Origin: Propionibacteriaceae bacterium
GTDB taxonomy: Bacteria > Actinomycetota > Actinomycetes > Propionibacteriales > Propionibacteriaceae
Length of the DNA stretch: 64,000 nt
Assembly (NCBI GenBank): GCA_044225235.1
Contig: JBGAIX010000011.1
Location: forward strand, 31,452-95,451
Direction of reading: 5' to 3'
The notes under the pieces were generated by a model. That model saw only the letters and a program-made list of their open reading frames with translations. It did no database searches and was not told where the DNA came from. Shown here in pieces: positions 17,315 through 26,652 of this stretch (position 1 is the first letter of the stretch; each line of letters begins with the position of its first letter). Position numbers and translations under genes: made by a program.

Positions 17315-18526
17315 TCAAGTGAGGTAGAGGGCCTCGTGGTTGGCGACAGCAATGGTGCCGAGCAGCTCCGATCGAAGGCCCAGCTGTGCGACCTTCACAT
17401 CGACGGTCTCCGCCGCACCGGGGTGAGCGAACCGCGAGATGGATTCGCGCACACCGTCGATCATCGGCTGCCCCGCGGTACCCAGCTCGCCGCCGATGAT
17501 GATCCCGGCAGGGTTGAGCCAGTTGCACAGGTCAGCGAGCACCCGACCCAGGGTGCGCCCGGCCTCAGCCACCAGCGCCGAGGCCACCTGGCTGCGGACA
17601 GCGTCCGCGAGCGGGAAGACCGCGTTGGTGGAAACCATCCCGGACTCGTTCATCCGCTGATGAACGAATGTCGAGGAGACAACTGTCTCCAGACAGCCAC
17701 GATTACCGCATCGGCACCAGGTGCCCTGCTCGCTGAGGCGAGTGTGTCCGATCTCGCCCGCCAGCCCGAGCGAACCGCGATAGGCAACGCCATTGAGCAC
17801 GATGCTCGCGCCGATGCCCTCGGACGCCTTGATGTAGATGAAGTCGCGCATGCCGCGTGCTGCACCGAAGCGCAACTCGCCCTGCGCACCCATGTCGGCG
17901 TCGTTGCCAGTGACGACCCGCCGACCGAGCATGTTGGTGAGCTCCTCGGCCGGGTGCAGGTCGGTCCAGCTCGACATGATCGAGGCGGACCGGATGCGAC
18001 CGGTACGGATGTCCAGCGGGGCGGGGATGCCGGCGGCGATCGTGCGGACGTCCGACATCGCCCAGCCCACCTGACCGAGCAGGCGGGAAACCATGCCCGA
18101 GACCGCGTCGAGCGCGGCGCGAGCCTGGGTGTCGACGTTCACGTCGGAGCGTTGCTCGGCCAGCACCTTGCCATTGGTGTCAGCTATCGCGACGGACACG
18201 TGGTCGTGGCCGAAGTCGATGCCGACGACGACGCCATCGCTGGGCGCCGGGATCAGCAGGGCGGACGGTCGTCCGCGGCCAGCACCCTTGCCACCAGGCT
18301 CCAAAACGTCTTCAGCAATCAACCGGTCGTTGAGCAGATCTTGTACGCCCTCCGCGATCGCTGAGCGCGAGAGACCGGTGATCAGGCTGAGATCGGAACG
18401 CGTCACGCCGTTTTCCCGGCGAATGATCTCAAGTAAGTGCTGCCGCGAGCGGTGGCGGCGCGGAGATGGGACATCGGTGCTGGACACAGGACTGACCGTA
18501 TCAGACTTGGGCCGGTAAAACAACAT
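17315..18526 (-). CDS. ROK family transcriptional regulator
   Basis: 403 aa. N-terminal wHTH (VTRSDLSLITGLSRSAIAEGVQDL), ROK fold (GIDFGHDHVSVAI) and zinc motif CRCGNRGCLE. Confidence 0.9.
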   Translation of the reverse strand: MLFYRPKSDTVSPVSSTDVPSPRRHRSRQHLLEIIRRENGVTRSDLSLITGLSRSAIAEGVQDLLNDRLIAEDVLEPGGKGAGRGRPSALLIPAPSDGVVVGIDFGHDHVSVAIADTNGKVLAEQRSDVNVDTQARAALDAVSGMVSRLLGQVGWAMSDVRTIAAGIPAPLDIRTGRIRSASIMSSWTDLHPAEELTNMLGRRVVTGNDADMGAQGELRFGAARGMRDFIYIKASEGIGASIVLNGVAYRGSLGLAGEIGHTRLSEQGTWCRCGNRGCLETVVSSTFVHQRMNESGMVSTNAVFPLADAVRSQVASALVAEAGRTLGRVLADLCNWLNPAGIIIGGELGTAGQPMIDGVRESISRFAHPGAAETVDVKVAQLGLRSELLGTIAVANHEALYLT

Positions 18527-18676
18527 TAATAGTATGCAATAACATCGCTCAGTGGCTTAAAGACCCTCAGAGTGTCTTCACAGACGCCTCATCTGGGTGT
18601 GTAATCCCCAAGCACAGTGCGTTCGGCTGCCTACGGGCATGCCTCCGCAAACACTCGACGTCGATCTGGAGCTGGG

Positions 18677-19654
18677 ATGTCTAACCTCACCGTTGCGGTT
18701 CTCGGGCCGATCCCGTACGACCGCATCACCACGCACCGCGGGCAGGTGCTGGAAAAGTACGGCTGCGCTCTGTACACAGCCGCGGCGCTGTCTGCCCTGA
18801 TGGATCCCGATGACCGCATCTGTCCGATCGTGCATGTGCGCGCAGAGGACGAAGGCCCGATCAAGGAACTGTTGTCCCAGTTCTCCAACATCGACGTCAC
18901 CGGCGTGCGCTCCCACACCGGACGCGGGGACATGGTCGAGCTGACCTATGTCGATCAGAACACTCGTCTCGAGCGTCAGAGCGGCTTCATGGCGCCGATC
19001 CTCCCTGAGGACGTCGAGTTCGTCCTGGACGCCGACGCCTGGGTTGGCGTTCCGATCACCGACTACCAGGTCAGCCTGGACCTGCTGAAGTACATCAAGG
19101 CCAACAGCTCCGGCTTTGTGCTTCTCGACGCCCACGGTCCGACCAACACGCTGACCCGCGGCGGCGAGCGTCACCACCGGCTCTGGGTGGAGCGCGACAC
19201 CTGGCTCCCCAGCATCGACATCCTGAAGATGAACCAGGAAGAGGCCGGCTGCAGCTGGTTCCCGCCGGGCGACGCCGAGGGCGGCACCACCGACGGTGCG
19301 CCGCTGCCGATGGAGCAGATCCCCGCGTTCGCCGAGTACTGCCTCAACCAGGGGGTCAAGGCCGTCTGCGTCACGCTGGATGAGCGCGGCTGCGCCGTCT
19401 ACGAGCTCGACGAGAACGGCGCCCTCAAGGAGGATCTCGTCGACCGGCTGCCGGTTGCCGAGGTCGTCGACACGACGGGTTGCGGCGACTCCTTCGCCGC
19501 CGGCATGGCCTACGGTTACCTCAAGAATGGCGATGTTGTCAGCGCCGCGAAGTACGGCAACGCGATGGGTGCCCAGCGCTGCGCCGGCTCTGAGTTGGCG
19601 ATCTACCTCCCGCTAGCCGAAACCGATCGTCAGATCGAGTCGGCGTACGCCTGA
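18677..19654 (+). CDS. PfkB-family carbohydrate kinase
   Basis: ORF track 18617..19654. ATG 18677 follows GGAG. C-terminal PfkB signature DTTGCGDSFAAGMAYG. Confidence 0.85.
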   Translation: MSNLTVAVLGPIPYDRITTHRGQVLEKYGCALYTAAALSALMDPDDRICPIVHVRAEDEGPIKELLSQFSNIDVTGVRSHTGRGDMVELTYVDQNTRLERQSGFMAPILPEDVEFVLDADAWVGVPITDYQVSLDLLKYIKANSSGFVLLDAHGPTNTLTRGGERHHRLWVERDTWLPSIDILKMNQEEAGCSWFPPGDAEGGTTDGAPLPMEQIPAFAEYCLNQGVKAVCVTLDERGCAVYELDENGALKEDLVDRLPVAEVVDTTGCGDSFAAGMAYGYLKNGDVVSAAKYGNAMGAQRCAGSELAIYLPLAETDRQIESAYA

Positions 19655-19683
19655 CAACCGGACCGGATCGGAGCCGAACGACG

Positions 19684-22071
19684 ATGTTGCGGGATCTGCT
19701 GAGTTCTGACGAGTGGCTTGTCACCGAGTCGGGCTTCGACCCGGACCAGGCCAATGTGTACGAGACGCTCTTCACGGTGGGCAACGGGTTCCTCGGAACC
19801 CGTGGCACCTTGGAGGAAGGCCACCGTGGCGAGCTCTCCGGCACCTACCTGTGCGGCGTGTACGACAGCCACGACGCCGCCGTGATCGACCTGGTCAATG
19901 CGCCCGACTGGTTGCCGTTCGCCGTCTTGGTGGACGGTGTCAGGCTGGGAGTGCAGACGGCCAAGGTCGTCGACCATGAACGTGCCCTCGACCTCCGTCA
20001 CGGAATTCTGTGGCGCCGTACGGTCTTCGAGGACGCGGCTGGCCACCGCACCGAGCTGGAGTCGGTGCGGTTGGCCAGCATGTCTGATCGCGAACTCTGC
20101 GCTATGCGCGTCGCGATCACCCCGTTGAACCACAACAGCCCGATCACGATCGAGAGCGCGATCGAGGGCTACCGCCGCAACCTGGATCGGCTCCCGGTCT
20201 ACGTCGACACTCCGGAGTTCACCCGCGAGGTGAAGTGGGAGAAGTGGGCGCTCTCGCGGCACATGACGGAGATCGCGCGGGACGACCTCGACGACGCGAT
20301 CTACCTGGAGATGGAGACCATCGACAGCAAGATCCGGATCGGCTACGCGGCCGCTGTGGTCGCCTCGCAACTGCCGGAGCGTCGTTCGGTGCGTCAGTCT
20401 TACGAGCGGATCGAGAAGCGCGCTGATTTCTCGGTCAGCAGCGGCGAGACCCTGGTGGTGGACAAGATCGTGTCCATTGCCACGTCGCGGAACCACGACG
20501 ACGTCAAGGCCAGCGCGCTGGCCTCGCTGTCCTCGCACCGCGAGCACGGCTTCGAGGAGTGCCTGAGCGAGAGCCAGGCGGCCTGGGATGCGCTGTGGCA
20601 GGACTGCGACTGCACCGTCGTTGGCGACGACAAGGCGACCCACGCCCTTCGGTTCAGCATCTACCAGTTGCTGATCGCTGCGAACCCGGACGACCCGCGG
20701 GTCAACATCGGCGCCAAGTCGATGACCGGCGAGGGCTACCGCGGGCACGTCTTCTGGGACACCGAGTGCCTGATGCTGCCGTTCTACATCTACGCGCAGC
20801 CGCAGACCGCCAAGACCTTGCTGGAGTACCGCTACAACACCATCGGTGGGGCGCGCGAGTACGCCGTCGAGACCGGCTTCAAGGGTGCTCGCTACCCGTG
20901 GGAGGCGGCTGACACCGGGCGCGAGGAATGCCCGATGTGGACCAACGACGGCGCTCACCGGTTCTGGACGCGTGACGAGGAGATCCACGTCTCTGCGGAC
21001 GTGTCCTACGGTGTCGTCACCTACGTGGCGGCAACTGGCGACCGTCAGTTCTTGCTGGACTACGGCGCAGAGATCCTCTTCGACACCAGCCGGTTCTGGG
21101 TCAGCCGCACGACGAAGAACGACGACGGCAGCTACTCGCTCAACCAGGTGATGGGGCCGGACGAGTTCCACTCCCACATCGACGACAACGCCTTCACCAA
21201 CCGGCTGGCCCAGTGGAACCTGGTCGAGGCGGCCAAGGTCTATGAGGATCTCGCGGCAAACGACGCGGAGGCCCTTGCGACCATCCTCGAGAAGGTCTCG
21301 GTGACCCCCGAGGAGGTCGAGGAGTGGAAGACGGTGGCGAGCAAGATCCGCTACCACCTCGATCCTGAGAACCACGTCCTCGAGCAGTTCGCCGGCTACT
21401 TCGAGCGGCTCGATGTTCCCGTCACCGAGTGGGACGAGAACAACATGCCGAAGTACCCCGTCGGCTACCACCACTTCAACTGCGAAGAGACGATGCTCAA
21501 CAAGCAACCCGACGTGGTGATGTTGATGCACATGCTGCCGGACGAGTTCTCGCCCGAAGTGAAGAAGGCCAACTACGAGTTCTACGAGGCCCGCACTCTG
21601 CACAAGTCCTCTCTCAGCCCGGCGATCCACGCGATCATGGGCATCGAGGTGGGTGACCCGGAGCGTGCGGTGCAGTACTTCTTCCGCTCGGCACTGGTGG
21701 ACCTGGCGAACAACCAGGGCAACACTCAGGACGGCGTGCACATCGCGTCTGCCGGCGGTACCTGGCAGATCCTGGTCGGCGGCTTCGGCGGCTTCCGGGT
21801 TCTGCACGACAAGATGTCGTTCGACCCCTGGCTGCCGGAGGAGTGGGAAGGCGTCCGCTTCCGTCTCCAGTGGCGGGGGAGCAAGGTCGATGTCGCTGTT
21901 GACCACGGCGAGGCGACCTTCACGTTGCACGGTGATGCCGACGCCACCGAGGACATCCTCGTCGCCGGGAATCCGGTCACGCTGGTCAGTGGCCAGCCCC
22001 AGAGTGTACGCCTTGGCGAGACGACGGCTGAGGCCGCCGAGCTCGCGGAGTCGTCAACCACCTCCAACTAA
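19684..22071 (+). CDS. glycoside hydrolase family 65 disaccharide phosphorylase (specificity unknown)
   Basis: 795 aa. Motifs FTVGNGFLGTRG, catalytic-region TGEGYRGHVFWDTE, and phosphate-site-like ARTLHKSSLSP. Confidence 0.88.
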   Translation: MLRDLLSSDEWLVTESGFDPDQANVYETLFTVGNGFLGTRGTLEEGHRGELSGTYLCGVYDSHDAAVIDLVNAPDWLPFAVLVDGVRLGVQTAKVVDHERALDLRHGILWRRTVFEDAAGHRTELESVRLASMSDRELCAMRVAITPLNHNSPITIESAIEGYRRNLDRLPVYVDTPEFTREVKWEKWALSRHMTEIARDDLDDAIYLEMETIDSKIRIGYAAAVVASQLPERRSVRQSYERIEKRADFSVSSGETLVVDKIVSIATSRNHDDVKASALASLSSHREHGFEECLSESQAAWDALWQDCDCTVVGDDKATHALRFSIYQLLIAANPDDPRVNIGAKSMTGEGYRGHVFWDTECLMLPFYIYAQPQTAKTLLEYRYNTIGGAREYAVETGFKGARYPWEAADTGREECPMWTNDGAHRFWTRDEEIHVSADVSYGVVTYVAATGDRQFLLDYGAEILFDTSRFWVSRTTKNDDGSYSLNQVMGPDEFHSHIDDNAFTNRLAQWNLVEAAKVYEDLAANDAEALATILEKVSVTPEEVEEWKTVASKIRYHLDPENHVLEQFAGYFERLDVPVTEWDENNMPKYPVGYHHFNCEETMLNKQPDVVMLMHMLPDEFSPEVKKANYEFYEARTLHKSSLSPAIHAIMGIEVGDPERAVQYFFRSALVDLANNQGNTQDGVHIASAGGTWQILVGGFGGFRVLHDKMSFDPWLPEEWEGVRFRLQWRGSKVDVAVDHGEATFTLHGDADATEDILVAGNPVTLVSGQPQSVRLGETTAEAAELAESSTTSN

Positions 22072-22086
22072 GGAAAGGGACCAACT

Positions 22087-23520
22087 ATGGTCGGACAAGG
22101 CGGGACGTCCACGACCGAAGAGTCAGTATTCGACGACGAAGCGGGCAGCGGCCAAGGCGTCGTCCGAATCGCATCCGTCGCCGCACTCGGCGGCTTCCTC
22201 TTCGGTTACGACAGTGCTGTCATCAACGGTGCCGTCGCTGCCGTCGAAAAAGAGTTCAATGCTGAGCCAGCCGCCCTGGGTTTTGCCGTTGCTTCGGCTC
22301 TGCTCGGTGCCGCTGCCGGCGCGTTCCTCTCGGGTCGGATCGCCGACCGCATCGGTCGCCTCGCCGTCATGCGCGTCGCGGCTGTGCTCTTCCTCGCGAG
22401 CGCCATCGGCGCCGGCCTGGCCGGCAGCCTCTGGGTGCTGGTGGTCTTCCGCGTCGTCGGTGGACTAGGCGTCGGCATGGCGTCGGTGATCGCGCCGGCG
22501 TACATCGCCGAGATCGCACCTGCATCGATTCGTGGTCGACTCGGTTCGCTGCAGCAGCTCGCCATCGTGACAGGCATCTTCTTGTCGCTGCTGGTCGACT
22601 TCCTGGTCGCTCGCGGTGCTGGAGGCTCAGATCAGCCCTACTGGGCGGGTCTTGACGCGTGGCAGTGGATGTTCCTCTGGATGGCGGTGCCGGCGGTTCT
22701 GTACGGGGTGCTGTCGCTGACCATTCCGGAGTCGCCGCGCTACCTGATCTCCAAGCACAAGATCGACGAGGCCAAGGAGATCCTGACCAAGCTCCTCGGC
22801 TCGGGCAGCAACATCGATCACAAGATCCAGCGGATCCGCGAGAGCATGGAGCGCGAGGTCGAGCCGTCGTGGCAGGACCTCAAGGTCAACGGCAAGGTCG
22901 CCCCGATCGTCTGGGTCGGTCTGCTGCTGTCCATCTTCCAGCAGTTCGTCGGCATCAACGTGATCTTCTACTACTCCAACATCCTCTGGGAGGCCGTCGG
23001 CTTCCGCGAGGATCAGGCGTTCGTGATCACCGTCATCGGTGCCATCATCAACATCCTGACCACCCTGATCGCGATCGCGACCATCGACCGCTTCGGCCGC
23101 AAGCCGCTGTTGGTCGTCGGTTCGATCGGTATGACGGTGACGCTGGCCACCATGGCCGTCATCTTCGGCAACGCGAAGGTTGTCGACGGTGCGCCGATCC
23201 TTGAGGGTGCTCAGGGCCCGATCGCTCTGGTCGCCGCGAACCTGTTCGTGGTGTCGTTCGGTATGTCGTGGGGCCCGGTGGTCTGGGTGCTGTTGGGCGA
23301 GATGTTCCCCAACCGCATGCGCGCTGCCGCTCTCTCGCTGGCCGCTGGCGGCCAGTGGGTCGCGAACTGGGTGATCACGGTCACCTTCCCGTCGCTGAAG
23401 GACATCTCGCTGGCTCTGGCCTACGGGTTGTACGCGACATTCGCCCTCCTGTCCCTGCTGTTCGTCGCCAAGTTCGTGGAGGAGACGAAGGGCAAGGCGC
23501 TGGAGGACATGCACAGCTGA
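22087..23520 (+). CDS. sugar porter family MFS transporter
   Basis: 477 aa. Motifs GGFLFGYDSAVINGA, GRIADRIGR, PESPRYL, DRFGRKPLL, EETKGKALE. Confidence 0.9.
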   Translation: MVGQGGTSTTEESVFDDEAGSGQGVVRIASVAALGGFLFGYDSAVINGAVAAVEKEFNAEPAALGFAVASALLGAAAGAFLSGRIADRIGRLAVMRVAAVLFLASAIGAGLAGSLWVLVVFRVVGGLGVGMASVIAPAYIAEIAPASIRGRLGSLQQLAIVTGIFLSLLVDFLVARGAGGSDQPYWAGLDAWQWMFLWMAVPAVLYGVLSLTIPESPRYLISKHKIDEAKEILTKLLGSGSNIDHKIQRIRESMEREVEPSWQDLKVNGKVAPIVWVGLLLSIFQQFVGINVIFYYSNILWEAVGFREDQAFVITVIGAIINILTTLIAIATIDRFGRKPLLVVGSIGMTVTLATMAVIFGNAKVVDGAPILEGAQGPIALVAANLFVVSFGMSWGPVVWVLLGEMFPNRMRAAALSLAAGGQWVANWVITVTFPSLKDISLALAYGLYATFALLSLLFVAKFVEETKGKALEDMHS

Positions 23521-23605
23521 CATCCGCGCCCACGGCCGCTGGGTGCCCGGCGCCCACGCAGGGCACTCAGCGGCCGTTCCAAGCGGATCGATTCCTCACC
23601 CCGGC

Positions 23606-23635
23606 GGCGGTGGTCTTCTTCGGAAGGCCACCGCC
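23606..23635. terminator. bidirectional terminator-like hairpin between convergent genes
   Basis: GGCGGTGG-tCTTCttcgGAAGg-CCACCGCC. It lies between the sugar porter stop (23520) and the PAP2 stop (23637). Confidence 0.55.
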
Positions 23636-23636
23636 G

Positions 23637-24251
23637 TCAGGCTTTCTTCCTCGTGCCAGCGCGACGGCTGACCAGCTGATGAGCGGTGATCAGGAGCGTC
23701 AGCCAGGCAAGTCCGACAAGCCACGCGTACAGAACGTCGGTGAGCCAGTGATGTCCGAGGAAGATCCGACTGGTTCCCATCGCGAGGGACCACAGAGCCG
23801 CAGCGATGACCACCGACGCGCGGGTCAGTCCTCGCCGGAGGTGCAGGCAGACCAGGTACGCCACCAGACCGGCGATCACCGTGCTGTTCAGCGTGTGGCC
23901 GGACGGAAACGAGAAGGCGTACTCGTAGGGAGGAACCGCGAGGTCCAGCGGCGGCCGGTTGCGGCCGACGATCGCCTTCCCGACCGTGGTGAAGAGCAGA
24001 GATCCCGATACCCCGATCCCGAGCAGGATCAGCGGCGTCCAGGAGCGCCAGACCAGGACCATCGTGGCGGTAATCGCCCCGGCGATGAGAGTCATCCCCA
24101 GCGGCCCCCCGAGATGGGTGAACGCCGTCATCACCTGGCTGCGCCCGGGTGTGCGCAACCGGATCGCGAGCTGTAGGGCCGGCTGGTCCAGGACGGCTAC
24201 GCCGTCGCTCTCCGAGACCGCGTCGTAGACCCCGGTGGCCGCCGCGGTCAA
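23637..24251 (-). CDS. PAP2 superfamily phosphatase (membrane); 5' end probably disrupted or mis-started
   Basis: 204-aa ORF with PAP2 motifs GKAIVGRNRPP, FPSGHT, SRIFLGHHWLTD. The track start is a TTG. The same frame stays open 132 nt further upstream and encodes a TM-like stretch without any ATG/GTG/TTG (see findings). Confidence 0.8.
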   Translation of the reverse strand: MTAAATGVYDAVSESDGVAVLDQPALQLAIRLRTPGRSQVMTAFTHLGGPLGMTLIAGAITATMVLVWRSWTPLILLGIGVSGSLLFTTVGKAIVGRNRPPLDLAVPPYEYAFSFPSGHTLNSTVIAGLVAYLVCLHLRRGLTRASVVIAAALWSLAMGTSRIFLGHHWLTDVLYAWLVGLAWLTLLITAHQLVSRRAGTRKKA

Positions 24252-24517
24252 TCCGAGCAGGAGGATGCCCGCGGCGGCGCACGCCGCGATGAGCGCGCTG
24301 CTCGGGTGCAGTCGTTGAAGCGTGCCCTGCAGCCGCTGGGGAGTCGACTTCGGTCGATCGTCGTCTGTGATGGCGAGCCTCCGTCATGGGTGCTGAGGTG
24401 GTGACAGGCTGGGCGCCCCCGACGCTGGTCCCGAATGACCCGAGCGTACGGCGCAATGCTGGTGTTACCGTTCCCAGCATCGGCCACGGCGCGTGGACGT
24501 CCGGACAAGGAGGTTCG

Positions 24518-24864
24518 ATGGGGATCGGAGACAAGGCAAAGCACCTGGCCGAGGAACTCGCGGGCAAGGCCAAGGCGGCGGCGGGCGACGCGACCGACGA
24601 CCCCGGCCTGGAGGCGCGCGGACATGCTGAGGCCGCAGGGGCGAACGTGAAGCAGGCAGGCGACGATGTCGTCGATGCCCTTCGCGACGCGAGGAACTCG
24701 CGGGCAAGGCCAAGGCGGCGGCGGGCGACGCGACCGACGACCCCGGCCTGGAGGCGCGCGGACATGCTGAGGCCGCAGGGGCGAACGTGAAGCAGGCAGG
24801 CGACGATGTCGTCGATGCCCTTCGCGACGCGAGTCACGCCATCAAAGGCGACGAACGGGGCTGA
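24518..24864 (+). pseudogene. CsbD-like stress protein gene interrupted by a 140-bp internal tandem duplication (frameshift)
   Basis: ATG 24518 follows AAGGAGG. It reads MGIGDKAKHLAEELAGKAKAAAGDATDDPGLEARGHAEAAGANVKQAGDDVVDALRDA, then shifts to an Arg/Pro-rich tail ending at 24790. Removing one repeat unit restores a 68-aa CsbD-like ORF ending ...SHAIKGDERG at 24864. Confidence 0.8.
24550..24833. repeat. perfect direct tandem duplication, unit 140 bp (144 bp of identity at period 140)
   Basis: 24551-24690 is identical to 24691-24830. Identity extends 1 nt to the left and 3 nt to the right, so the junction has CGAG microhomology. 140 is not a multiple of 3. Confidence 0.9.
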
Positions 24865-24906
24865 TCGGCCGCTGGGCGGTTGCGACATCGGATGAGAGCC
24901 TGAGCT

Positions 24907-26151
24907 GTGGCGATCGGCGATGAAGGGCCCGTGGTGGTCATCGGGGCGGGTCTGGCCGGCCTCGCCTGCGCGCAGCACTTGTCGCGCTCCGGCCGGGCAG
25001 TGCTGCTGCTGGAGGCGTCGGACGGGGTCGGCGGGCGGGTCCGCACCGACGCGGTGGACGGGTTCCGCTGCGATCGGGGCTTTCAGCTCCTGAATCCGGC
25101 CTATCCCGTGTTGCCGAAGGTCATTCAACTCGACCAGTTGGACCTGCGGCCGTTTCGTGCTGGGGTGGTGGTGGCCCACGGCTCCCAGCGGTGGCTGCTG
25201 GCGGATCCCCGGCGGGAGCCGCACCGGCTCGTCGACACGCTGCGGGCCCCGATCGGAACCACGCTGGACAAACTGAAGCTTGCTCGCTGGGCGGCCAAGT
25301 CCCTGCTCCCGCTGCGGCGACAGCTGGCCTCGCCGGACCGCTCGCTCTCGGCGGAACTCGATGCCTGGGGAGTGTCTGGCATCTTGCGCCAAGGCGTCGT
25401 TGAACCTTTCCTGAGCGGGGTATTGGGCGAGTCGGACGGAGCAACATCGGCGCGGCTGGCTGGCCTCCTCGTGCGCTCCTTCCTTCTAGGGACCCCTGCG
25501 GTGCCGTCGCTTGGGATGGCTCGGCTGCCAGAGTTGATCGCCGATTCGTTGCCGGCTGGGGTGGTCCAACTGGGGACGCCGGTGCGGCAGGTCTCGGCGG
25601 ACTCCGTTCGAACGGATGACGAGCAGATCCAGGCGTCAGCCGTCGTGGTGGCAACCGATCCGGCAACGACGGCGCGGCTCACCGGGCTCGCGGCCGTGCC
25701 CTGTCGCGCTTTGACGACCTTCTGGCACACGGCGCCCGAGCCGCCGACCCGGCGGCCGTACCTGCACATCGACGCCGACGCCCGCGGCCCCGTGGTCAAC
25801 ACGGCGGTGGTGACCAACGTCGCACCGAGCTATGCGCCGGCGGGCCGACCACTGATTGCGAGCACGGTCCTCGGTGCCGACGACTCGCAGCAGATGGAGT
25901 CGAGCGTTCGTCGTCACCTGGAACTGATCTACGGAAGTGCGACCGAGAGCTGGCGACGAGTCGCCGCCCACGCGATCCTGGAGGCGCTGCCTGCTCAGCT
26001 GCCGCCGCTCGATATTCGGCAGCCGGTCACGTTGACGAACGGCGTGCATGTTGCCGGCGACCACCGCGATACAGCGTCGATCCAGGGCGCACTCGTCTCG
26101 GGTCGGAGGGCTGCAGTGGCCGTGCTGGCGGGCCGCCGTGCCCGGGTCTAG
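24907..26151 (+). CDS. NAD(P)/FAD-dependent oxidoreductase (amine oxidase / desaturase-like fold)
   Basis: 414 aa. Dinucleotide motif VVVIGAGLAGLACAQHL...LLEASDGVGGR. C-terminal HVAGDH...IQGALVSG is typical of flavin amine-oxidase-fold proteins. Confidence 0.8.
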   Translation: MAIGDEGPVVVIGAGLAGLACAQHLSRSGRAVLLLEASDGVGGRVRTDAVDGFRCDRGFQLLNPAYPVLPKVIQLDQLDLRPFRAGVVVAHGSQRWLLADPRREPHRLVDTLRAPIGTTLDKLKLARWAAKSLLPLRRQLASPDRSLSAELDAWGVSGILRQGVVEPFLSGVLGESDGATSARLAGLLVRSFLLGTPAVPSLGMARLPELIADSLPAGVVQLGTPVRQVSADSVRTDDEQIQASAVVVATDPATTARLTGLAAVPCRALTTFWHTAPEPPTRRPYLHIDADARGPVVNTAVVTNVAPSYAPAGRPLIASTVLGADDSQQMESSVRRHLELIYGSATESWRRVAAHAILEALPAQLPPLDIRQPVTLTNGVHVAGDHRDTASIQGALVSGRRAAVAVLAGRRARV

Positions 26152-26166
26152 TCTGCTGCGCCGCAG

Positions 26167-26652
26167 CTAGTCGCGGGCCAGGAGGGCGTCCAACCGGAGA
26201 TAGCCCTCGACGACGCCACGCTCCATCCCACTGGCGAGGATGGCGTCTCGCGCCCCGATCGACTCGACCACGCTGACAGCCACCACCCGTGTCCGGTCGC
26301 CAGGCAACGCCTCGAAGGTCATCGTGTCCAGGCTGACGCCGTCGGGCATTCCAGCCCATGTGAACGTCTGCACCAGACGGCTGCTTGGCCGGACCTCATG
26401 GAAGGACCCGTAGAACGCGGCGATCTCCTGACCGTTGCGGTGTTGCCCGTACCGGTAGCTGCCGCCTGTGGTCGCGTCCCAGCGGTCCAACCGTGTTTCC
26501 AGGTCTCTAGGGCCTAGCCACTGAACGATCAGCTCCGGCTCGACCCAGGCGCGGAAGACGTGCTCGGGGCGCGCGTCGAACTCCCTGACGATGCGAATGA
26601 CGGGCAGGCCCGGGTCGGCGTCGATCTGCGTTTCACGCGGATTTCTGGTCAT
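26167..26652 (-). CDS. SRPBCC (AHSA1/START-like) family protein
   Basis: 161 aa. Pattern REFDARPEHVFRAWVEPELIVQW...GGSYRY...F.EV.P..R.V.T. It overlaps the upstream ArsR gene by 20 bp, the usual ArsR-SRPBCC pairing. Confidence 0.8.
   Translation of the reverse strand: MTRNPRETQIDADPGLPVIRIVREFDARPEHVFRAWVEPELIVQWLGPRDLETRLDRWDATTGGSYRYGQHRNGQEIAAFYGSFHEVRPSSRLVQTFTWAGMPDGVSLDTMTFEALPGDRTRVVAVSVVESIGARDAILASGMERGVVEGYLRLDALLARD

Noticed and set aside
18527-18676. AT-rich stretch ACATTAATAGTATGCAATAACAT as the ROK operator in the divergent promoter
   Set aside because: It is not convincingly palindromic. It is a plausible promoter or operator region, but I cannot define a site from the sequence alone.
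19630-21930. 766-aa minus-strand ORF
   Set aside because: It is antisense to the well-supported GH65 gene, has a repetitive low-information composition (V/R/D/L/G) and no recognisable motifs.
23596-25392. 598-aa minus-strand ORF
   Set aside because: It is spurious as a whole, overlapping PAP2 in another frame and running antisense to the csbD-like and FAD oxidoreductase genes. Only the codons from its internal ATG at 24387 (MTEARHH...) may be the true, frameshifted start of the PAP2 gene; see findings.
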